From: Macrostomum lignano | Lineage: Eukaryota | Assembly (NCBI GenBank): GCA_002269645.1 | Contig: NIVC01001938.1 | Location: forward strand, 124,001-188,000 | Direction: 5' to 3' | DNA: 64,000 bases | In this document: in pieces, positions 12,058-21,805 of the stretch | Position numbering within the stretch: position 1 is the first letter of the stretch | Layout of the letters: every line of letters begins with the position of its first letter | Program-made: the position numbers and the translations under genes | The notes under the pieces: generated by a model | Database searches by the model: none | What the model saw: only the letters and a program-made list of their open reading frames with translations | Told to the model about the DNA's origin: nothing

Positions 12058-13275
12058 ATGGAGCCCGAAGTTCAGCTCCGGACCAAACCGACTGAAATCG
12101 ATAACTTGTCGGCCCAGACGACTAGAATCGCCGAGACATCCCATCCGGCTCCCTTCCTTGGGGTCCCAGGGGATAAAGGGGATAAAATGGGGATCTCATG
12201 TCAACTTAAGGCTCTGGAATGGAGCCCGAAGTTCAGCTCCGGCCCAAACCGACTGCAATCGATAACTTGTCGGCCCAGACGACTAGAATCGCCGAGACAT
12301 CCCATCCGGCTCCCTTTCTTGGGGTCCCAGGGGATAAAGGGGATAAAATGGGGATCTCATGTCAACTTAAGGCTCTGGAATGGAGCCCGAAGTTCAGCTC
12401 CGGCCCAAACCGACTGCAATCGATAAGTTGTCGGCCCAGACGACTAGAATCGCCGAGACATCCCATCCGGCTCCCTTCCTTGGGGTCCCAGGGGATAAAG
12501 GGGATAAAATGGGGATCTCATGTCAACTTAAGGCTCTGGAATGGAGCCCGAAGTTCAGCTCCGGACCAAACCGACTGCAATCGATAACTTGTCGGCCCAG
12601 ATGACTAGAATCGCCGAGACATCCCATCCGGCTCCCTTCCTTGGGGTCCCAGGGGATAAAGGGGATAAAATGGGGATCTCATGTCAACTTAAGGCTCTGG
12701 AATGGAGCCCGAAGTTCAGCTCCGGACCAAACCGACTGAAATCGATAACTTGTCGGCCCAGACGACTAGAATCGCCGAGACATCCCATCCGGCTCCCTTC
12801 CTTGGGGTCCCAGGGGATAAAGGGGATAAAATGGGGATCTCATGTCAACTTAAGGCTCTGGAATGGAGCCCGAAGTTCAGCTCCGGCCCAAACCGACTGC
12901 AATCGATAAGTTGTCGGCCCAGACGACTAGAATCGCCGAGACATCCCATCCGGCTCCCTTCCTTGGGGTCCCAGGGGATAAAGGGGATAAAATGGGGATC
13001 TCATGTCAACTTAAGGCTCTGGAATGGAGCCCGAAGTTCAGCTCCGGACCAAACCGACTGAAATCGATAACTTGTCGGCCCAGACGACTAGAATCGCCGA
13101 GACATCCCATCCGGCTCCCTTCCTTGGGGTCCCAGGGGATAAAGGGGATAAAATGGGGATCTCATGTCAACTTAAGGCTCTGGAATGGAGCCCGAAGTTC
13201 AGCTCCGGCCCAAACCGACTGCAATCGATAAGTTGTCGGCCCAGACGACTAGAATCGCCGAGACATCCCATCCGG
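12058..13275 (+). repeat. 161-bp tandem array (~7.6 copies) inside the left TIR
   Basis: Units start at 12058, 12219, 12380, 12541, 12702, 12863, 13024 and 13185. About 1.6 inverted copies lie at about 17211-17463. Confidence 0.95.
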
Positions 13276-13959
13276 TTTCAAGTGACGAAGCTCTATTCAA
13301 TTCGAATATCGCATTAGCGGGTGTATTTTATTTCAGCTATTATACATTGATTGTTAAGTAATAAAAATGATTTGCTCGTATCGAAACCTGTTAAAAATGC
13401 TGATCTGGAAACTCAGTTTGAAAAAATTAACTTGTAAATTCGTTTGGTTATTAGTAAGCAGAACTTTTGACGATAAACCGAAACCATGTATATTGGTAAA
13501 ATAAAGAATATCACGCAAGGCTGTACAAGTTATGACGTAATGGATACAAAGCATATCATGCAAAGCTGTACAAGTTATCAAAGTAATAAAAACAAAGCAT
13601 GTCATGCAAAGCAGCACACGTTTTTAAGCAAATAAAGTAACGCCTCTCACGCAAAGCTTAGTAAAATCATAATTGCAAAAGTTTCTCAGTCCTAAGAAAC
13701 GGTTTTTGGGTTTAAGTTCTTTGCTTCAGTAAAAAATACTTCCAATTTTTAGTTAATTGTGAGTCTAAAAGAAATTGAAACAACTAATTCAAAGCTTTTG
13801 TTATTTGATGTCAGTCTGAATTATCTTCACATGTAACCTATGGTACGTAAAGAATGCGTGAGATGACATTGTTTCTTAATCTGCATGTCCTTTAAAATCT
13901 GCAATACAAAACGTACAGTACACTCGCTTAAAACAATTGTATTTTCGCTAAAAATGCTT

Positions 13960-16896
13960 TTACGAGTTTAAAAGTGCAACGAGCACGATGCACTCAGGCT
14001 CACGTACGAACGGGTTATAGTCTGACGTAACTTTCATGTCGTCAATTCTCGTCCACACACAGCTCAGTACGCTTGCTGTGAAATGTCCCGATTTCAGTCG
14101 GTTTCCATGGTGTGATATTGTGGCCACTGGCTTACCAAGTGTAGAAACACCCCCTGACCTTGAAGAAAAGCTTACAGGAGTTTGAAGCTTAAGGTGGCCA
14201 TCCATACTAGCACGATCAAGATATATCAGGGTAAACTTTCCAGGTGTTACTACGATCTCTTGATTACAATCGCCCAGGCAATTGGCGTCCGAACATTTCA
14301 CTACCTGAGGAGCGACAAAAGCGCAGAAGATTTTGTCTAAACTGACAATTGAGCGCTCAAATTGACAGAGAGGAATGCAAATCACTCTGTTATCGATTGT
14401 GCCAACAGGAACTTCAGCACTTGTGCGCTGGCAATCCCGACAAGTTTGAATGAGTGAAAATTCTGTGAAAGCATCTGATGACAGAAATTCCAGATGTATT
14501 AGAAGCGTTTGAACAAATTCGTTGACGCAATGGTGCTGATTTGTTTGAAATGAATCTGGATGTTGCAACCGAACTGCCGTTAACAGTGGAGTGACTGTTG
14601 CAGACCGCTGTTGCATCTCCGTCAGAAGACGAAGCAGCTCTCGATGGACTTGGTCGTTGCTAGTCTCTTTTAAAATGCATCCATTAGAATGCAGGCAGAG
14701 AAACAATTGCACTGCTGCATTTGCGTAGCACTGCAGGCCATTATTTGGCAACCCAAATAACTTCTTCGGCGAATTCAATGAACCAGTAGCATTTGAACTG
14801 TGCCTCTGTTCATCTTGCTGCGATTCAGCACTGTCTCTGCGAGGTGCATTTGGAGCTGGATGACCACCAGATTGATCATTGTAAAGATTGGCAATCAGTG
14901 CTTTTGGCAAAGCACTGTCAATAAATCGGAAGCTGCTGCCGCACATGTTGTAGCTTTCGGGGTGATATGCATAACAGCCTAGCATTCTAACCACAGCCAT
15001 AACATGACTGTCACACCCTGCTGTCCTGCTTCCGGCCTTTGAGGATGAAAAGTAGCCATGCAGACGCAGCAGCCCCGAGTCACGAAATCCGAATCGGTTA
15101 CCACTTGCAGTTTCGCAAATACGAAGGACAACTCGGTAAGTTTTTGACCGATGACGGGAATGAAGAACGGCTAAATATATCCAAGATGGCCTCCATTCTC
15201 CAAACTTACTGCTCCACCCCTTTGGTGGCGCTCGCTGATGAAACTTCCAGCATTTTAAATGGCTTGGCAGTTCAGAAATCAACAATTCGAAATCGCGCCA
15301 CGAGTCTCCAGCGTAGCTACTGAGCACCTCATGAACTCTGACGTTTTCGATGTAGCGTTTTGACTGAAGAACGTGGTATGGGCCGATGCTAAGCTCTTCC
15401 AGATTTCTTTCGTCAACGCTGGGGAACCCTGAACTTTCAGGGTCCAGGGGATCCACTGCTGTCCATTTTCGGGTAGAACTCGTTGGTATTCGAGTCAAAT
15501 CGCAATTGTACTCAAGTTGCTCAATTTCGTCTAGCTCATTCGCAATGAAAAGACGTTTAGCAAAGTTCCGTCCGTATTCGAACATGGAGCAATCTGACCA
15601 TGACGGCGGCAGACTCCTTGTAGCTTGAAATCCTGGATGCGAACGGTTGAATTTTGCCATGGAGTTTTCAATAACAACATCGAGCCGGCTGCGTTCGGTA
15701 AACTCTGGGGCATGTAGCCATTGGTACGGCTCCTGTCGCTCATTTATGCATTTGTCCTGCTTGATTGCAGCAAAGCTACATTCTACGAGATAACGGAAAA
15801 GCGTAGCGCAGCGACTTGTATTTGCTTCGATTGATGTAAGCTTTCCTGGTATTGATCGGTCACCAACAGGAGCCTCATTATTTACAAATTCAAACTGCTC
15901 GTTTAGAACTCGGTCACCTGGACTGGTCGGAAATAGAAGCGTCGTGCAGCCTTTACTATTAGTCTCTATAAAGTCGCGGAAGTTAACCGAAGTTGGTGAA
16001 CAAAGTTGGTGGCTGTAACCTTTGTCGAAAATGCCAATAACGTGATAATCTTTCTGTACAGAGCACAGAATGCGCAACAAAATGGGCTCTATTAGTCCTT
16101 CAGCCTCCATGTCAACTTGCATTGCAGTCAAATTCCCATCGCCAATTGTTGGCGAGATAGCGGCGGTAAGGGGAGCGGTGTAGATAATTTTTCCTCTACT
16201 GTTGACAACCGCCATTTTTTTGTTCACATTCATTTTCTTGCCGGAAAAGTAAGTTCGAATTTGCGTGTGGTGTGAGCTGCTCTTAGGGAGATAAAAGTAA
16301 GTATGATCACCCACTAGAAGAACAAGCTTCTTGCCTTTGAGTAGTGTGTGAAATACACCGAGAATAAATTGATCGCGTACTACATTTTCCTCAAGCAGAG
16401 TCTGAATCGGAGTCGACGCTATCGACCTCGGTTGATATGGATCCCGTAGGTACTGCTCCTTGGCAATCTCCCAAAAAATGTCGCATGCTCTTTGGGCAGA
16501 AATGTTGAAATCGAAAGCTAATGATTGAAAGCTGCAACCTTGGCGAAGCTTCTTCAGGTACAAAAATATTCGAGATGGCTTTGTCAAAATACGAAGGCGA
16601 GATACTTCTGGTAACATTTCTGAGAAGCTATCGAAATCACTATAGCTAAGACCGCAAATACGTTTGAACTCCTTCTCATATGCGTTTCGTGGAAAAAGGT
16701 TTGGGTTCAAAAAAACTTTCACATACTTACCACCGACCGCAAGAAACTGAAGCGCCTCTCGTGCGTTTCTCGGAGGCGCGAAGGCTCCAGACGATTCAGA
16801 TGAGCAGCGACCACATCTAGTCGTTTCGAGATGTCGGTTCAAATTGGCTGCTTTGCTGAATTGATGACCACATTGAGAGCAAGTAAAATCGGACAT
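13960..16896 (-). CDS. Transposase (C2H2 ZnF + HTH + DDE_Tnp_4-like + SWIM-like) fused to a ubiquitin-specific protease (peptidase C19)-like domain, 978 aa
   Basis: ATG at 16896. CSQCGHQFSKAANLNRH (C2H2-like); LFLYLKKLRQGCSFQSLAFDFNIS-type HTH; catalytic candidates VGDHTY (16308), IFDKGY (16026), RYLVECSF (15783); SKAGSRTAGCDSHV (SWIM-like). C-terminal GLPNNGLQCYANAAVQ Cys box, CRDC/CSDANC, HHGNRLKSGHF His box and WTRIDD. Confidence 0.85.
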   Translation of the reverse strand: MSDFTCSQCGHQFSKAANLNRHLETTRCGRCSSESSGAFAPPRNAREALQFLAVGGKYVKVFLNPNLFPRNAYEKEFKRICGLSYSDFDSFSEMLPEVSRLRILTKPSRIFLYLKKLRQGCSFQSLAFDFNISAQRACDIFWEIAKEQYLRDPYQPRSIASTPIQTLLEENVVRDQFILGVFHTLLKGKKLVLLVGDHTYFYLPKSSSHHTQIRTYFSGKKMNVNKKMAVVNSRGKIIYTAPLTAAISPTIGDGNLTAMQVDMEAEGLIEPILLRILCSVQKDYHVIGIFDKGYSHQLCSPTSVNFRDFIETNSKGCTTLLFPTSPGDRVLNEQFEFVNNEAPVGDRSIPGKLTSIEANTSRCATLFRYLVECSFAAIKQDKCINERQEPYQWLHAPEFTERSRLDVVIENSMAKFNRSHPGFQATRSLPPSWSDCSMFEYGRNFAKRLFIANELDEIEQLEYNCDLTRIPTSSTRKWTAVDPLDPESSGFPSVDERNLEELSIGPYHVLQSKRYIENVRVHEVLSSYAGDSWRDFELLISELPSHLKCWKFHQRAPPKGWSSKFGEWRPSWIYLAVLHSRHRSKTYRVVLRICETASGNRFGFRDSGLLRLHGYFSSSKAGSRTAGCDSHVMAVVRMLGCYAYHPESYNMCGSSFRFIDSALPKALIANLYNDQSGGHPAPNAPRRDSAESQQDEQRHSSNATGSLNSPKKLFGLPNNGLQCYANAAVQLFLCLHSNGCILKETSNDQVHRELLRLLTEMQQRSATVTPLLTAVRLQHPDSFQTNQHHCVNEFVQTLLIHLEFLSSDAFTEFSLIQTCRDCQRTSAEVPVGTIDNRVICIPLCQFERSIVSLDKIFCAFVAPQVVKCSDANCLGDCNQEIVVTPGKFTLIYLDRASMDGHLKLQTPVSFSSRSGGVSTLGKPVATISHHGNRLKSGHFTASVLSCVWTRIDDMKVTSDYNPFVREPECIVLVALLNS

Positions 16897-17795
16897 TACT
16901 AGCAAGTATAAAACGCAATCTGCAACAAATCTGCACCTGTCATAAAACTAAGTAAGAAAAACTGACCAAAACCTTAACTTCATTAATATATCACTTAAAA
17001 TATATCACTTAAACTAATGCTACAAATACTTGACGCACAGTATCAAAAATCTCTCGCCTAAAGTGGTCAAATCAAAACCGCGAAAACATTCTCAAAAATC
17101 CGGAAAAATTAAACGACGGAAATATTACAATGCAAACAATATATAATAGCTAAAATAAAATACACCCGCTAATGCGATATTCGAATAGAATAGAGCTTCG
17201 TCACTTGAAACCGGATGGGATGTCTCGGCGATTCTAGTCGTCTGGGCCGACAAGTTATCGATTGCAATCGGTTTGGTCCGGAGCTGAACTTCGGGCTCCA
17301 TTCCAGAGCCTTAAGTTGACATGAGATCCCCATTTTATCCCCTTTATCCCCTGGGACCCCAAGGAAGGGAGCCGGATGGGATGTCTCGGCGATTCTAGTC
17401 GTCTGGGCCGACAAGTTATCGATTGCAGTCGGTTTGGTCCGGAGCTGAACTTCGGGCTCCATTCTGGTGCTTAAGTTGACATCCCCTTTTGGATGCGATA
17501 ATAGCAAAAACATTATGTGGCATCTTTGAGGAATAACAGCATGTTTAACTCTAGACCAACACATGTTTTTGTTTTTTTCACGAAGACATGTTTAAGTACT
17601 TTTTAATTGGCGGTTCTTTAAAATTAGAAAGGACCGGTAGCGGAAGTACCGGAAGTTACTTTTTTTTAAAGTACCGGTACCGGAACAAGTGCCGGAAGTT
17701 ACTTTCCTTGGAACGGGAAGTTACTTTTTCAGAGTAACTTGCCCAACACTGATTACTGGCCATAAACCTGGCCTTAACCGCTCGGTTAATTATTA

Positions 17796-18282
17796 CACCA
17801 TTTTACCCTCGATTTTGAACAAGGAGAACTTCGAAACTGACAAACTCCTCTTTAATATTGATACTCTATGGTCGGGCACTCAAAATCTACAATCAATATT
17901 GACAGATCAAGCTTCAATTTTGACAAACTCTGGTTCAATTTTGACAATGCACGTTTAGTCAACTTCTCCTGGGAGAGTTCGGTAACAAAGTAATCCAATG
18001 AAAGCCTGAACGGGGCTGAAGTGAGCTGTGCAAAATCAGCTTATTCTGACTTTGCTTTTTGGATCTACAAGTATTGATAAAATTTATTTTTCTCCATCCT
18101 TTACACACAGACTAAAATAGCCTGACTGGTTGGGCTGCAAAGTCCGATTCTATTTTGAAATTGAAGCTTGATCTGTCAATATTGATTGTAGATTTTGAGT
18201 GCCCGACCATAGAGTGTCAATATTGAAGAGGAGTTTGTCAGTTTCGAAGTTCTCCTTGTTCAAAATCGAGGGTAAAATGGTG
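17796..18282. mobile_element. 487-bp MITE with ~135-bp TIRs and TA TSD
   Basis: CACCATTTTACCCTCGATTTTGAACAAGGAGAACTTCGAAACTGACAAACTCC.. is mirrored at the right end. TA at 17794-95 and 18283-84. Confidence 0.85.
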
Positions 18283-18574
18283 TAAGACGGAATTAATTTA
18301 ACGGCGGTGTGCCTTTGGCATTCATAAGAAAATTCGATTTACGAATACGGTACTGGCGGCTGCGAAGCAGTTTTGTACTGAGCCAATGGTTTTTTGGCCA
18401 TAGATATTCTCAGTAGACGGGCTCTCGTGTGCACATATTCTATATATTACCTAGTTGGGCCTAGCAGCGCGCCTCCAGCCGCCGCAGCCGCAGCGCGAGA
18501 ACCCCGGGGTTAAGACCATAGACTATAAATTCTGCTGTTTTCAAGCAGCATTACATGCAGTAGCAGCAGCAGCA

Positions 18575-18910
18575 GCAGCAGCTGGAAGCCGGACCGAGCA
18601 CACGGCGGTCTGCCAACTCCGAGCCGGTGCCTCAATGCTCGCCGCCGAGGTCCGACATTGTTTCGGCCTGACGGACTCCCCGCTCTGTCAGGACTGCGGG
18701 GCACCGGACTCGAGCCTGCACGCGATCTACAACTGCCCGAGGGGGGACGCGCACCGCATTCGCCTGGTCGGCACTGAAGTGGAGCGCCTCCTCACCGAGC
18801 CGGGCTTGGCCCTCTCGCTCCTCCGGAGCATGGGGCGTTGGCCCCCGTCCATCTCGGCGCCGCCGCGCCGCTAGACGAGCGCTGAAGAAGAAAGGAAGAA
18901 AGAAAAAGCA
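18575..18910 (+). mobile_element. 5'-truncated non-LTR retrotransposon 3' end
   Basis: AVCQLRAG..LTDSPLCQDCGAPDSSLHAIYNCP is the CCHC-type knuckle typical of LINE ORF2 C-termini. The stop is followed by a GAA/A-rich tail. Confidence 0.65.
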
Positions 18911-18943
18911 GCTAGTGTCCGCTCTGTGGGGCGCTACATACAT

Positions 18944-19101
18944 GCGCAACCTTTGGAATCACCCGGCCGTTTCTATTGGCAACGCACACATGTAAGTCGC
19001 TATTGGCTGAGAGCAGTCACGTGACTACTATTCCGTCCAATAGCGACTTACATGTGTGTCAGTTGCCAATAGAAACGACCGGGTGAATCCCTAGGTTGCG
19101 C
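18944..19101. repeat. Long imperfect palindrome (~63-bp arms) centred on AGTCACGTGACT
   Basis: GCGCAACC..ATGTAAGTCGCTATTGG pairs with CCAATAGCGACTTACAT..GGTTGCGC. An outer IR pair with an ACCCCGGGGT core lies near 18490-18512 and 19188-19215. Confidence 0.75.
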
Positions 19102-19533
19102 CCAAGCATGGCGGCTCAGCCCCCGCCATTTTGACGCAGCAGCGTCAAGGCGTGACAGGAAGAAGAAGAAGAAGCTAGTTTCTGTGCCCCTAACCCCGGG
19201 GTTTTCGCCCTGCGGCCGCTAAATACATTAGTGACGCATCTACATATAGGTAATATAGAATATGTGGTTGTGCGTTTGAAACCTCGCCTTTTAAGTTTCA
19301 AGGCTAACTTAAACCGCTACCCAACAACAACCTCGTCAGTGGCTCGATAACTCCCAACAATATGCACAGTGACACACTGCACATGCACACTATAGTGAAT
19401 ATATAATCAAACAAATGGCAATGTGGACAGTTGTGGGTTGGGCACACTCGCAAAATCTATTTTGTAAGTACAATTCAAATGCCAATTCAAGTGACAGAAT
19501 GCCAATCGTCAGAACTTTGTTGCATTTTGTGCA

Positions 19534-20855
19534 TTAAACTTTGCAGCGGAAAATTGGTACAATCGAGGAGATTCGAATGGAATTACTAAAATTATTTTCG
19601 CGATAACTCAAATGCATAAACTTGTGCACTGTGTAAGAAGTATTTGGAATCTGCTTCAGCTCAAGATTTGATATCGTTAATGGGCTGCAAAACTGCTTCT
19701 GCAGTTTGGAAAGTTTTTCAGGCTTCGCGCAGGCGGTTTTCAATCTTTTTGGCACGTAGGCCACGTCATTCAAAGGATGGAACGCCCCAGGCTCTGCCAG
19801 CATGTTGCCGCACCAGTCGGCAGGTCGGTCACTCTGCTTCAGTGCCGTGTACTTCTTATAGAATTTCTGTAGCATTACGGGTCCCGTGACGTGCACTGCG
19901 TCAATGCTTTTTCTACCCCTCTTCTTGGCCCAATTCTGCTCGAACCACGGCGGCCAGTTTGTTAGCACGAAGCTCAGGAAGCTGTGATTCGCTCGGCTCA
20001 TCATCACCGCATTCAAAATCAGTGCCGGAAGGTCGAACGGGAAAGCGGCGTGCTCTATTGGCTCCTGACTCCACACGGCTGACTCACAGTCGAAGTTCGG
20101 AGTCAGCCCCGCTTCCTGAAGCTGCGACGGTCTCAGCAGCGGTGTCGGATCTCGAAGCAGCTCCACATCCGTGTCGACGTACAGACCGCCGACGTGGTGC
20201 AGCACGACCAGACGGCCGATGTCTGATCGCTCCAGCCCGTTGACCAGCTTGCGGTAGCTTTGAACAAGGTACGGATAGTGCTTAGAGATGAGCTCGGAGA
20301 TCTGCTTGTCGTCCCAGTGCATGAAGTGCCAGCGATCTGTTGAAAAGCTGTCTACGTCCTTGTTACTTCCGTTAGTGATGCTGCCATTGCTGGTGCCGAA
20401 GTCTTGCAGATTATTTGACTTGAGCAGAGCCAGTTGGTCACCTAAGTGTTTATTATAAGATGTTAATAGTCTGTAAAGTTCACTGCCTAAACGGATAGAA
20501 TACTCGTAAGCTAGTGTTGTAAGAGCAAATTTGGTGACAAAAGTCACGGACAGAGCCAGACCTGCAGAGAAGTTCCTGCTGTTATTGATTCTGACATTCA
20601 GCAGTAGCCTCCAGGATCGCACAATGGGAACCAGCTTGGCTGGCACTCGTCCAGACTTGCTGGTCCAGTGCACCAGCGGCGGGATGGAGTCTGGAAACAA
20701 TTCCTGAGTACTGATTATGTCGCTACAATTCCTAAGGCTGTCCAGGTTCACATCGTACTCGTATGTGACAGTCTCCCAGGTGGTGCTAGTGAAACCAAGA
20801 AACAGGTACAGCGCGGAAGCAGAAACCAGAAAGGAGAACACGGCGCGTTTGGCAG
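19534..20855 (-). CDS. GT32-family glycosyltransferase, copy 2 (main exon)
   Basis: Same motifs as copy 1 (LYVDTD). Phase-1 acceptor aaatttcag| at 20856. Candidate first exon 21900-21873 (MLVWRHRTT, CAG|gtaggt). Possible 120-nt in-frame intron at 20561-20442. Confidence 0.85.
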
Positions 20856-21259
20856 CTGAAATTTGTTTTTAAGTAGCAAGAATCGTACGTTTTTCAATGA
20901 TTTACAAAGGGGTAATAAATATAAAGAAAGCGACTAATTAAAAATAGTTAAGTTTCACTAATGTCTCAATAGGTCTCTTAATGAGCTTTCCTCTCTTTAC
21001 TCCCTCTTCGGTGTCTCGATAGGGCCACCGATAACCCCAATCCAAAAGTCTCTTGGTGCGGCATTGGCACTGTCTCTCGCTGGGACCTGATAACCCTATC
21101 TATCGATGATGCACTCATTCTGCATATTCAGAAGTAGGCACTGTAGGCTAAAAAATTTCATTTGGTGATTCAGCTGTCACAAGAGTTCATCAACCGGTTG
21201 GTGATCAAAGTGCCGCGCAGGGTCCGGCGCCACCAGGGGGGCAAGCTGAGGGCATGGCG

Positions 21260-21805
21260 ACCACTCAGATGAAATGGCACCCACTCAGATGAAATGGCAC
21301 TCACTCAGATGAAATGGCACTCACTCAGATGAAATGGCACCCACTCAGATGAAATGGCACTCACTCAGATGAAATGGCACCCACTCAGATGAAATGGCAC
21401 TCACTCAGATGAAATGGCACCCACTCAGATGAAATGGCACCCACTCAGATGGAATGGCACCCACTCAGATGGAATGGCATCCCAGTCAGATGAAATGGCA
21501 TCCCAGTCAGATGAAATGGCACCCACTCTGGTACCCCAGTCAGATAAAATGGCACCTACTCAGATAAAATGGCACCCACTCAGATAAAATGGCACCCACT
21601 CAGATGAAATGGCGCCCACTCAGATGAAATGGCACCCACTCAGATGAAATGGCACCCACTCAGATGAAATGGCACCCCAGTCAGATGAAATGGCACCCCA
21701 GTCAGATGAAATGGCACCCACTCAGATAAAATGGCGCCCACTCAGATAAAATGGCACCCAGTCAGATGAAATGGCACCCCAGTCAGATGAAATGGCGACC
21801 CCTCA
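21260..21805. repeat. 20-bp minisatellite (CCACTCAGATGAAATGGCAC)
   Basis: About 27 visible tandem units. Confidence 0.9.

Larger units (their letters stand above)
12034..17486 (-). mobile_element. Apparently intact PHIS-group (PIF/Harbinger-ISL2EU-Spy) DNA transposon, 5453 bp
   Basis: Ends GGGGATGTCAACTTAAGCACCAGAATGG (12034) and its exact reverse complement (ending 17486). The inverted similarity extends inward to about 13335 and 17152. Flanks read ctcAAA | TTTtgg with no TSD. One long transposase ORF lies inside. Confidence 0.85.
10980..17751. mobile_element. hAT-like non-autonomous element (CAGTGTTGGGCAA TIRs) hosting the nested PHIS transposon
   Basis: CAGTGTTGGGCAA at 10980 and TTGCCCAACACTG ending at 17751. 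Subterminal (CC)GGAAGTTACT repeats occur at both ends. No 8-bp TSD found, so the two ends might belong to different copies. Confidence 0.5.

Noticed and set aside
12004-13317. Series of 74-140-aa ORFs with near-identical sequence
   Set aside because: Frame-shifting read-through of the 161-bp TIR satellite; no protein signature.
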